14,372 nucleotides of DNA, from positions 1 to 14,372 of the forward strand of contig JBMYNR010000041.1 of NCBI GenBank assembly GCA_049598495.1, given 5' to 3'. The notes under the pieces were generated by a model. The model had not been told where the DNA came from and ran no database searches. It saw only the letters and a list, made by a program, of their open reading frames with translations. This document shows positions 1 to 7,763 of this stretch, piece after piece (position 1 is the stretch's first letter; each line of letters begins with the position of its first letter). This stretch comes from Opitutales bacterium. GTDB lineage: Bacteria > Verrucomicrobiota > Verrucomicrobiia > Opitutales > Coraliomargaritaceae. The translations under genes were made by a program, and so were the position numbers.

Positions 1-105
1 CGGCGGGATAGATAAATGAGCGCACAGCCCCGCGCTTCGGCGCGAGGTGGACAAAATCCGGCTTACAGCCCCCGAAATCGACACTTCTTTCTGTCTTTTT
101 CCGCC

Positions 106-134
106 TTGACAGGCATTCGAGGTACACGCACTTT
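106..134 (+). promoter_or_regulatory. Putative sigma70-type promoter of rpsT
   Basis: Perfect -35 TTGACA (106-111), 17-bp spacer, weak -10 CACTTT (129-134), 25 nt before the rpsT ATG. Confidence 0.5.
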
Positions 135-159
135 CCCGCCTCTTAACTTTTTTTCAGCA

Positions 160-417
160 ATGGCTAACACGAAATCCGCACTTAAATATATCCGTAAGAC
201 CGAGGGTCGCACCCTGCGCAATCGCCAGATCAAGAGCCGTCTAAAGACGCTCGCGAAGAAGGTCGATGCTTCCGCTCAGGCGGGTGACAAGGACGCGCTC
301 GCTCTGGCCGCGCGCCAGTTCATTTCCACCTTGGATAAAGCAGGTAAAAGTCACCTGGTTCACCCGAATAAGATCGCTCGCCACAAGGCACGTTGTGCTC
401 AACTCCTGGCTGCGTAA
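160..417 (+). CDS. rpsT: 30S ribosomal protein S20
   Basis: MANTKSALKYIRKTEGRTLRNRQIKSRLKT...LDKAGKSHLVHPNKIARHKAR is typical of S20. The true start is ATG 160 (85 aa), not 16. Confidence 0.97.
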   Translation: MANTKSALKYIRKTEGRTLRNRQIKSRLKTLAKKVDASAQAGDKDALALAARQFISTLDKAGKSHLVHPNKIARHKARCAQLLAA

Positions 418-456
418 TTTTCCTTAAACCCTCTCCCATGATGCCCTCGGTTACGC

Positions 457-1314
457 TTGTCGAACCGGGGGCGTTTCATATCCAGTGAGTCCGTGTTGGA
501 GAAAGCGAAAAAGAAAGACGCCCTAGGTTTTCCGCCTCCGCTGCTTGGTGAGAGCCCCCTGCGTATGGCTGTTCTTGGGGAGACCGAGGGCTGGATCGCT
601 CTCAATAAACCTGCGGGGGTCGGGGTGCGCGCCTACCCGTGGGATGATGCGCCGGATATGGACGGGGCGCTCAATACCCAGTTGCAGGCAGGCAAGCCCG
701 AGCTTGTTCGGCGTGGCGCCAGTCTCTTTGGTTCCGTCTATTATCTCGATCCCGTCATTTCGGGAGTCGCCGTGTTTGCCAAGAACCGGGCGTCATTGGC
801 CGAACTTCGTAACACTTTCGGCTCGGGCGCTAGTCGCTTTCGTTTTCTCTTTGTAACCGCCGCACAGACGGCAGGGGAGGAGCCTGTCCGCCGCGCGGAT
901 GCGCCACTGCTCCCGCACAATGTAAAGCCCAAGATGATTCCTTCGACGGCCAAAGGCAAAAAGGCCTTCACGGATTTTCGTCGTCTGGCTGAGTCGACCA
1001 AGGGCTGGGAGTTATGGGAGGCCACAGTGGATTTCTTCCGGCCGCACCAGATCCGCTGTCACGCGGCGGTTCTGGAGATGCCCGTGATGGGAGACGTCCT
1101 CTACGGTGGCGCGGAGGCACCGACTCAGGGAGAATTACATCCGAATAAGCAACGTGGAGCGGCACTGGGGCTCCCAACCTTCCATGGGGTGGCCCTCCAT
1201 CTCGTTGAGGTCGAGCTGCTGCCGGGAGATCCAGCTGCCACGATCCGCTGCGAGCTACCCAAGCATTTTCGCCTGATGCTTCGCCGGATGGGGCTCGGGG
1301 ATGCGGAGGTGTGA
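457..1314 (+). CDS. RluA/RluC/RluD-family pseudouridine synthase-like protein with a degenerate active site
   Basis: Motif I LNKPAG, motif II-like YYLDPVISG (canonical HRLDxxTSG), motif III-like FRPHQIRCH, PVMGDVLYG and ALH. No S4 domain. Start uncertain (TTG 457, GTG 493 or TTG 496). Confidence 0.85.
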   Translation: MSNRGRFISSESVLEKAKKKDALGFPPPLLGESPLRMAVLGETEGWIALNKPAGVGVRAYPWDDAPDMDGALNTQLQAGKPELVRRGASLFGSVYYLDPVISGVAVFAKNRASLAELRNTFGSGASRFRFLFVTAAQTAGEEPVRRADAPLLPHNVKPKMIPSTAKGKKAFTDFRRLAESTKGWELWEATVDFFRPHQIRCHAAVLEMPVMGDVLYGGAEAPTQGELHPNKQRGAALGLPTFHGVALHLVEVELLPGDPAATIRCELPKHFRLMLRRMGLGDAEV

Positions 1315-1349
1315 TCGGATTTATTGTCACGATGAGGAGACGAAGAAGT

Positions 1350-1430
1350 GTAGCTACGCGACGCCAGTCGTGTCGACGTAGAGACGGCTCGGGCCCTTGC
1401 GCATCGACCTCGCTCGCGCGAGTTCGCTAC
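1350..1430. repeat. Inverted pair of GTAG-type REP-like palindromes (REPIN/BIME-like)
   Basis: 1350-1376 (+) GTAGC-TACGCGAC-GCCA-GTCGTGTC-GA; 1404-1430 (-) GTAGC-GAACTCGC-GCGA-GCGAGGTC-GA; 27-bp spacer. The first unit matches a copy starting at 13753. Confidence 0.75.
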
Positions 1431-1500
1431 AAAAAATCGCTGTGACCACTTTTCTGGCTGCACCCGTATGCAGACCGGCACGAATAGGAACTTGCCATTT

Positions 1501-1531
1501 AGAGCCGAGTCCCTTTCTGTCCTCGGCTTTT
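1501..1531 (+). terminator. Terminator-like hairpin upstream of yajC
   Basis: AGAGCCGAG (1501-1509) pairs with CTCGGCTTT (1522-1530); short T tract at 1528-1531. Confidence 0.35.
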
Positions 1532-1546
1532 CAACACTCAAGCGTT

Positions 1547-1867
1547 ATGGCTATCTCTGATCTTTCATCTCTTCTTCCACTGGCTCAAGCGGCCCCCGCA
1601 GGCGGCGGTCTCATGCAGTTTCTGCCCATTATCCTTCTTTTTGTGGGTATGTGGTTTCTTATCATCGCGCCGCAGCGCAAGCGCCAGAAGGCACACGATC
1701 AGATGTTGCAGGCGCTGCAAACAGGTGACGAGATCGTGACCAGCGGGGGCATTTACGGCACCATCACCAATGTGAAGGATGACCGTTTCGTCGTTCGCAT
1801 TGCTGATAACACAAAAATCGAGCTTGGTAAGGCCTTTGTCGCCAACAAGGTCGACTCAAATGCCTAA
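1547..1867 (+). CDS. yajC: Preprotein translocase subunit YajC
   Basis: Single TM followed by IIAPQRKRQKAH..LQTGDEIVTSGGIYGTI; directly upstream of secDF. Start reassigned to ATG 1547 (106 aa). Confidence 0.95.
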   Translation: MAISDLSSLLPLAQAAPAGGGLMQFLPIILLFVGMWFLIIAPQRKRQKAHDQMLQALQTGDEIVTSGGIYGTITNVKDDRFVVRIADNTKIELGKAFVANKVDSNA

Positions 1868-1918
1868 GTTCTTCGGAACGTTTCCACCCACCGCCTAGAC
1901 TGCTGAGACCGCATACCC

Positions 1919-4462
1919 ATGTCCGGAAACATTCTTTGGAAATTCCTGCTTACCGCTACCATCATTTTCTGGTGTGTGATGAGCATCACCCCCCTGCAGA
2001 ATCGTCCCTTTGAGGACTACATCGTCGCGCAGGTGACTGCTGATGAGGCTGAGTTTGCTGATTTACTTCAGCGTGCAGAAGCCCGGGTCGAGATGGGTGA
2101 TGCCCCGACGCTTTTCATTGCGCTTCGTGATCTGGGAGTGGAAGAGAGCGTCGATTACGCCAAGTTCTTCCCGCAAATTAATGTGGCGGACATTGCCAAC
2201 CAGAATAAGCGCAATGACATCCTGCTGAAACACATCCTTAGTCGAGCCCAGAGTCAACTTCGACTTGGTCTCGACCTAAAGGGTGGCGTCGGCGTGACGC
2301 TGAAGATCGACGAGTCGGCCACGGAAGGTCTGAGTCAATTTGAGCAGGCTGACCAGCTGCAAAAGGCCATTACCATTATGGGGGATCGTCTGGACGGAAT
2401 GGGCGTGGCTGAACCGGTGATCCGCGCGAGCGGTGAGGATGGGATTGAAATTCAGCTGGCCGGTCTTTCCACCAAGGATAACCCCGAAGTCATCGATGCG
2501 ATCAAGAAGCCGGCACGCCTTGAGTTTCGTTCCATCCACCCGGAACTCACTCCGGCGACCACGCAAGTTAATCGCTACCCCGTGGGGTATGAAGTGTTGA
2601 CCGAGGAGGTCGAAGATCGCCGTTCCGGTGAGGTCTTTGAGCGCCGTTATTTTGTTAAGCTCATTCCTGAGGCAACCGGTGAGATCGTCGAGGATGCCTT
2701 TGCCTCCCAAACGCAGACGGGTGGCTTCCAGATCAATCTTGTGATGACTGCAGACGGAGCGGATATCTTCCGTTCGGTGACGGAGCGTATGGTTGGCAAG
2801 CCCTTGGCGATTGTCCTCGATGGTAAACTCTATTCCGCGCCCACGATTCAGGCGGTCCTTTCAAAGAATGCCCAGATCACGGGTAACTTCTCGCAGCGCG
2901 AAGCGCTCGAACTGGCCAATGTTTTGAACAATCCGCTAGCCGTTGAACTGCGTGTGGACGAGATGTATGAAGTGGGGCCAACTATGGCCGAGGGTGCACG
3001 CGATAGCTCGGTCAATGCGGCACAGTATGGTGCCATCCTCGTGGTCGGATTCATGGTCCTCTACTATTTCCTCGGTGGTGTCGTGGCGGTGCTTTCCGCG
3101 GTTATCAACGTCATCATCGTGCTGGGTGTTCTCGCCAGCCTCGGTGCGACGCTGACGCTTCCCGGTGTGGCAGCGCTTGTTCTGACGCTCGGTATGGGTG
3201 TCGATGCGAACATCCTTATTTTCGAGCGTATTCGCGAAGAGCTTCGGGCGGGCAAGAGTATCAAGAACGCCAGCGCCGGTGCTTTCCAAAAAGTGACTTC
3301 AACGATTGTGGACGCGAACGTTACGACCCTGATCACCGCGAGCATTCTTATCTGGCTGGGCACGGGGCCGGTCAAAGGCTTTGGTATCACACTTGCCATC
3401 GGTATCTGCGCCTCGATTTTCTGCGCGCTCGTTGTTACTCGCTTTATAATTGATTTCCTTGTTCACCGCCTTGGCGTTTCCAAGGTGCTCGGTTTGAGTT
3501 TGTTCCCGGAGAGGAAGATCGATTTCTTTAGATTCCGTAAGCCGGCCTTCGCTTTCTCATGGTTGCTCGTTCTGGCAGGTGTTGTTAGCATTGTGATCCA
3601 CCACGACAACATCCTCGGTAAGGATTTCACCGGGGGAGATGAACTGACGGTCAGTTATACTGAGAAGGTCGATGCCGATGCGATTATGCAGGTCGTCAAA
3701 GAGAATGAACTGAGCGATGTCTCCGCTCTCTATCTCAGTTTGATCGGCAGCGACGAAGAAGTGCTCAAGATTCAAACGCCTTTTAATCAGGCCCGCCCGA
3801 CTCTGGAGGCCTTGCAAGCGGCCTTCCCCGAAGCGGGGCTTGAAGAAGCGGGCATCACTCAGATCGGTGCTTCCGTTTCGAAGGATATTCAATGGAACGC
3901 CCTTCTGTCGGTCGCCTGCGCGCTCGGTGGCATTCTTCTCTACGTGGCACTCCGTTTTGAGGTCGGCTACGGTATCGGTGCGGTGGTTGCCACGATCCAT
4001 GACGTCCTGATGACGATCGGTATCTTCGTTTTGTGTGGTGAGTTTGGTCTCTTTGTTAGCGGTCAGTTTACGGCTCCGATGCTTGCCGCTATCCTGATGA
4101 TTGTCGGTTACTCGATTAATGATACGATTGTTGTTTTCGATCGTATCCGGGAGGAGCTCGAACTGAATCCGGGAACCGATCTGCGCAGTTTGATTAACCT
4201 TGCGATCAGCCGTGTATTCTCCCGCTCCTTGTTGACAAGCATCACCACTTTACTGGCGGCGACTTCGCTTTATGTATTCGGTGCGGGTGTGATTAATGAC
4301 TTCGCATTCGTCTTCATTGTCGGTATCCTTACCGGGACATTTTCCTCCATTTTCATCGCTAGCCCGGTCTTCTTCTGGTGGCACAAAGGTGATCGCCGCC
4401 ATGTGGAAGAGCGCCAACTCACGCCGAAGCGATACGAGTGGGAAAGCCAGAAAGAGGCCTAG
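1919..4462 (+). CDS. secDF: Fused protein translocase subunit SecDF
   Basis: SecD motifs LGLDLKGG and GMGVDANILIFERIREE, SecF motifs DFTGG and GYSINDTIVVFDRIRE, in one 847-aa ORF. Confidence 0.97.
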   Translation: MSGNILWKFLLTATIIFWCVMSITPLQNRPFEDYIVAQVTADEAEFADLLQRAEARVEMGDAPTLFIALRDLGVEESVDYAKFFPQINVADIANQNKRNDILLKHILSRAQSQLRLGLDLKGGVGVTLKIDESATEGLSQFEQADQLQKAITIMGDRLDGMGVAEPVIRASGEDGIEIQLAGLSTKDNPEVIDAIKKPARLEFRSIHPELTPATTQVNRYPVGYEVLTEEVEDRRSGEVFERRYFVKLIPEATGEIVEDAFASQTQTGGFQINLVMTADGADIFRSVTERMVGKPLAIVLDGKLYSAPTIQAVLSKNAQITGNFSQREALELANVLNNPLAVELRVDEMYEVGPTMAEGARDSSVNAAQYGAILVVGFMVLYYFLGGVVAVLSAVINVIIVLGVLASLGATLTLPGVAALVLTLGMGVDANILIFERIREELRAGKSIKNASAGAFQKVTSTIVDANVTTLITASILIWLGTGPVKGFGITLAIGICASIFCALVVTRFIIDFLVHRLGVSKVLGLSLFPERKIDFFRFRKPAFAFSWLLVLAGVVSIVIHHDNILGKDFTGGDELTVSYTEKVDADAIMQVVKENELSDVSALYLSLIGSDEEVLKIQTPFNQARPTLEALQAAFPEAGLEEAGITQIGASVSKDIQWNALLSVACALGGILLYVALRFEVGYGIGAVVATIHDVLMTIGIFVLCGEFGLFVSGQFTAPMLAAILMIVGYSINDTIVVFDRIREELELNPGTDLRSLINLAISRVFSRSLLTSITTLLAATSLYVFGAGVINDFAFVFIVGILTGTFSSIFIASPVFFWWHKGDRRHVEERQLTPKRYEWESQKEA

Positions 4463-4493
4463 TTCTCTCTATCTGGAGGGCGCTGCTTCGTCA

Positions 4494-4523
4494 TTGCCGA
4501 TCCGCCGATTGACTGCTTAAGCT
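4494..4523 (+). promoter_or_regulatory. Possible promoter of recJ
   Basis: TTGCCG (4494-4499), 18-bp spacer, TAAGCT (4518-4523). Confidence 0.25.
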
Positions 4524-4572
4524 TTTGATGATTGGAGCGGGGTGCAACTCTCCTCTGATACCCTAACTTTAT

Positions 4573-6306
4573 ATGCGCTGGACATCCATTGATACCGATC
4601 AAAACCAGGCGTCGGATCTTGCCGACCGACTGGGGGTATCGAATGTCATTGCGGAATTGCTGGTCCAGCGAGGAGTCACCTCTCCCGAGGGGGCTGAAGA
4701 GTTTCTACGTCCGCGCCTTGCTCAGTTGGAGAATCCCTTCGAGTTGACGAACCTGGAAGCCGCTGTCGAGCGGATTGAGCATGCTATTGAGGGTAAAGAA
4801 TCGGTCGTGGTTTTTGGTGACTATGATGTCGACGGGGTCACCAGCACGGTTCAACTCGTTAGCATGCTCCGGACACTGGAGCTGAATCCCCGATTTACGG
4901 TGCCGCGCCGGATGGACGAGGGTTACGGACTGAGCCCTGAGGCGATTGACCGGGTTTTCGACGGCGAGATTCCTCAACTCTTTATCGCATTGGACTGCGG
5001 AACCAACGCCCACGAGCCGATTGCGTATCTGCGTGAGTTGGGCGTCGACGTCATCATAATCGATCATCACCAAACGAAGACGGAGGCTCCAGAGGGCTGT
5101 ATCTTCGTCAATCCGCACGTGAATGATCCTGAAGATGCCCCTTGGCGAGATCTCTGCACGGCGGGTTTGGTCTTTAAGCTCCTTCATGGGCTTTTGAAGC
5201 ACCGCCGAGAGGCGGAGGATTCGCGAGTCGAGCATATCCAGTTAAAAGATTATCTGGATTTGGTTGCCATGGGGACCATTGCCGACCTCGTCCCGCTTCA
5301 GGGGGAGAACCGGATTTTGTCTTGGTTTGGTCTGCGTCATCTTCGAGCGAATGGGCGGACGGGGATTCGTGCGCTTGCTGAAGTTGCCGGTATCGATGGC
5401 GGGCAGGAGATGGTCAGCTCCGATATTTCATTTAAAATTGCACCACGGATAAACGCTAGTGGTCGTCTCGCTGATGCCTCCCTTCCCATTGATTTACTGC
5501 TTAATGAAAGCTACGGAGATTGCCGCAGGATTGCGGGTGAGTTGGACGAGATGAATAAGGAACGGCAGGGGATTGAGCGCGGGATCGCGCAGGAGGCCGA
5601 AGAGCGTGCTGCGGCCGAGTTTGCGGATGCCCCTGGCATTGTTCTTTTCGGTAAAGATTGGCACCCGGGAGTGGTGGGAATTGTGGCCAGCCGGGTGAGC
5701 CGTCATTTTCACAAGCCTTGCGTGATTCTTGGAGCCGAGGGTGAAGAGGCCAAGGGCTCGGGCCGGAGTGTTGCCTCGGTCAATCTCGTGGAGGTCTTTC
5801 AGCGCTGCGCCCATCTCCTCGGGCATTGGGGTGGGCACCCGATGGCAGCCGGAGTTTCGCTTATGGCGAACGACGTGGAGGCCTTTACCGAATGCTATAT
5901 AAAAGCCCTTCACGAGCTCTATCCCGATGGCTTGCCCGAACCCACGCTGCAGATATCCGCATGGCTGAAGAGCCACGAATTTGGAGAGGCTCTTCTCGAA
6001 GAACTCGATCGTTTACACCCTTTCGGGCAGGGCAACGCAGAGCCTGTCTTCGGCCTGAGAGATATCGTCCTTGATGAAGAGGCGGTTGCCTTCGGCGAGG
6101 GGAACTTCCGCTTTCGTTTGCCGGCGGCCGATGGATCTCGGCGCGGAGTCTCCGGAATCGCCTGGCGTTTGGGGACCCCCCCGGAGCCGGGGCAGCCGAT
6201 CGACCTCGCCGTAAGATTCTCCTGGAACTATTGGCGCAACAGTCGCTACCCTCAGGTGACACTGGTTGACTGGAAGCCGAGTGCGGAGTTGGGCGCTCCA
6301 GTGTAA
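4573..6306 (+). CDS. recJ: Single-stranded-DNA-specific 5'-3' exonuclease RecJ
   Basis: DHH-family motifs GDYDVDG, DCG, IIIDHH, GTIADLVPL, PRINASGRL; DHHA1 motifs GSGRS and GGHPMAAG; C-terminal PFGQGNAEP; known secDF-recJ synteny. Confidence 0.97.
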   Translation: MRWTSIDTDQNQASDLADRLGVSNVIAELLVQRGVTSPEGAEEFLRPRLAQLENPFELTNLEAAVERIEHAIEGKESVVVFGDYDVDGVTSTVQLVSMLRTLELNPRFTVPRRMDEGYGLSPEAIDRVFDGEIPQLFIALDCGTNAHEPIAYLRELGVDVIIIDHHQTKTEAPEGCIFVNPHVNDPEDAPWRDLCTAGLVFKLLHGLLKHRREAEDSRVEHIQLKDYLDLVAMGTIADLVPLQGENRILSWFGLRHLRANGRTGIRALAEVAGIDGGQEMVSSDISFKIAPRINASGRLADASLPIDLLLNESYGDCRRIAGELDEMNKERQGIERGIAQEAEERAAAEFADAPGIVLFGKDWHPGVVGIVASRVSRHFHKPCVILGAEGEEAKGSGRSVASVNLVEVFQRCAHLLGHWGGHPMAAGVSLMANDVEAFTECYIKALHELYPDGLPEPTLQISAWLKSHEFGEALLEELDRLHPFGQGNAEPVFGLRDIVLDEEAVAFGEGNFRFRLPAADGSRRGVSGIAWRLGTPPEPGQPIDLAVRFSWNYWRNSRYPQVTLVDWKPSAELGAPV

Positions 6307-6307
6307 T

Positions 6308-6388
6308 TTGCATTTAGGTAGAATAACCGGCTGGGTGTCTTGCGCGGCTCTCGAAACGGCACTCACCAGAAGTTCTAACTAAATGCAA
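6308..6388. repeat. 81-bp long imperfect inverted repeat between convergent genes
   Basis: TTGCATTTAGGTAGAA (6308-6323) and TTCTAACTAAATGCAA (6373-6388) are complementary at 15/16 positions; inner arms TGGGTGTC and GGCACTCA pair with G-U wobbles. Confidence 0.7.
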
Positions 6389-6414
6389 TCGGCTCGAGTC
6401 TTTTTACAGTTGCT

Positions 6415-6645
6415 CTAAATCAAATCCAACCAGAGAATCAGCGCAAATTGACTGAGAACGGCCACAGCGAGCAGGGCATAGACGAAAATCATAAAGTAGT
6501 CCGTAGCGAAACGCCGCTCCGGCGCCGTTATTTTTTGTCCCTGTGGTTTTCCTGAACGGTCGGGGTCGCCCCCAATGATCGGGGAGCCCACTTTGCGATC
6601 TCGCAAATGGGTAATGCGATGAGTAAGATTTGTTAGCTCCGACAT
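6415..6645 (-). CDS. Hypothetical small membrane protein (76 aa, single C-terminal TM helix)
   Basis: ATG start, hydrophilic N-terminus, then FMIFVYALLAVAVLSQFALILWL. Fills an otherwise empty gap and has a correctly spaced promoter-like sequence upstream. Confidence 0.65.
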   Translation of the reverse strand: MSELTNLTHRITHLRDRKVGSPIIGGDPDRSGKPQGQKITAPERRFATDYFMIFVYALLAVAVLSQFALILWLDLI

Positions 6646-6652
6646 GGAGGGG

Positions 6653-6681
6653 AAAATTCGCCATAATCACACCGCTGGCAA
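6653..6681 (-). promoter_or_regulatory. Putative promoter giving a leaderless transcript of the 76-aa ORF
   Basis: Minus strand reads TTGCCA (6681-6676), 17 bp, AATTTT (6658-6653), 7 nt, ATG (6645). Confidence 0.45.
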
Positions 6682-6714
6682 GTTTAGAAGAAGCTATTCA
6701 ATTGATAGTGGCTA

Positions 6715-6732
6715 TAAGATTCTCTAATCTTA
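6715..6732. promoter_or_regulatory. Operator-like perfect inverted repeat TAAGATT-N4-AATCTTA
   Basis: 7-4-7 dyad in the AT-rich divergent promoter region. Confidence 0.4.
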
Positions 6733-6755
6733 GTTGGGGCGATGCAAATAGGGTG

Positions 6756-6784
6756 TTGACGCACTGAGAATGGGTCTCCATCAC
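6756..6784 (+). promoter_or_regulatory. Possible atp operon promoter
   Basis: -35 TTGACG (6756-6761); only a weak -10 (CATCAC) at 17 bp. Confidence 0.3.
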
Positions 6785-6835
6785 CGATTGCTTTCTGCCA
6801 GATCGGCACGAGTAAAACGACCTCCCTAGTTCCTT

Positions 6836-7675
6836 GTGAACAAGCTACTACCAACAGTTCTTCTTCTTACCGGATCCGCATCAGCACTGCACGCAGCCGA
6901 TGGTGTTAGCCCTTCGCCCTACACGCTAACAGAGGTTTTTGGTCTCCCTTTGACGAACTCGATTGTGACGACTTGGGCGATCTCGATTGTTTTGATCGTG
7001 ATGATTCGTTTGGCTGTTGGAACGCCCAAGCTGGTGCCGAGCAAGGGACAGGCGGTGATCGAGAATATGGTGGATGGTTTAAAAGGGCTACTCGAGCCAA
7101 TCGTGGGCAAGAAGGCCTTCCCGATGACCTTTCCTCTGCTGATCGGTCTGTTTCTTTACATTCTGATCCACAACTGGAGCGGTCTCCTTCCGGGGGTCGG
7201 TGCTTTTGGTTTTGTGAATGATGGTCAGCTTACCTATTGGATGCGCCCTGCCAATGCCGATTTGAATTCAACGCTTGGTATGGCGCTGGTTGCGATGGGG
7301 GCCTGGCTCTTTATTAGTCTCAAGGTTGCCGGTGGTAAGTTCTTTATCTGGGAGCTCTTCGGTAATAAGGCTGACAAGAAAGAGACCCCAAAGGTCATTT
7401 ACATCGGGCTCATCCCGATCTTTCTGGGCGTGGGTCTCATTGAGGTCGTCTCGATCGCTTTCCGGCCGGTTTCCCTTTCCTTCCGTCTCTACGGAAACGT
7501 CTTCGGGGGTGAAAACCTCCTCACAAGCATGACCGGCATGGCTCCATTTATCGTGCCGATCCCATTCTATTTCTATGAAGTGCTGGTTGGTGTCGTTCAG
7601 GCACTGATCTTTACACTCTTGGTGGCGATCTACATCGGCCTTATGACGAACCACGACGAGGAGCACGCCCACTAA
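6836..7675 (+). CDS. atpB: F1Fo ATP synthase subunit a
   Basis: [45 protein letters not shown] (essential Arg), [12 protein letters not shown] start. Confidence 0.97.
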   Translation: MNKLLPTVLLLTGSASALHAADGVSPSPYTLTEVFGLPLTNSIVTTWAISIVLIVMIRLAVGTPKLVPSKGQAVIENMVDGLKGLLEPIVGKKAFPMTFPLLIGLFLYILIHNWSGLLPGVGAFGFVNDGQLTYWMRPANADLNSTLGMALVAMGAWLFISLKVAGGKFFIWELFGNKADKKETPKVIYIGLIPIFLGVGLIEVVSIAFRPVSLSFRLYGNVFGGENLLTSMTGMAPFIVPIPFYFYEVLVGVVQALIFTLLVAIYIGLMTNHDEEHAH

Positions 7676-7763
7676 ACAAAAATACTTTCCGCGCTCGGGA
7701 CCATGAAGCAAAACGTGGGCGAGGCAGAAAACACTGAAATACACAACTCAACAGATATATATT

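Noticed and set aside
16..159. 48-codon N-terminal extension of the rpsT ORF
   Set aside because: S20 homology starts at MANTKSA (160) and the extension overlaps the predicted promoter.
968..1541. Minus-strand ORFs 968-1330 and 1125-1541
   Set aside because: Antisense to the RluA-like gene and across the REP doublet; no recognisable motifs.
1397..1546. N-terminal extension of yajC from TTG 1397
   Set aside because: Runs through the REP unit and hairpin/promoter; ATG 1547 gives a normal-length YajC.
1868..1879. GTTC-TTCG-GAAC mini hairpin after yajC
   Set aside because: Only a 4-bp stem; too weak to call a terminator.
1919..4462. SecD-SecF fusion and yajC-secDF-recJ order as a novelty
   Set aside because: Both are well known in many bacterial phyla.
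6404..6670. Alternative 88-aa minus-strand ORF overlapping the 76-aa ORF
   Set aside because: No coherent protein features and its start lies inside the predicted promoter; the 76-aa frame has a clear TM helix.
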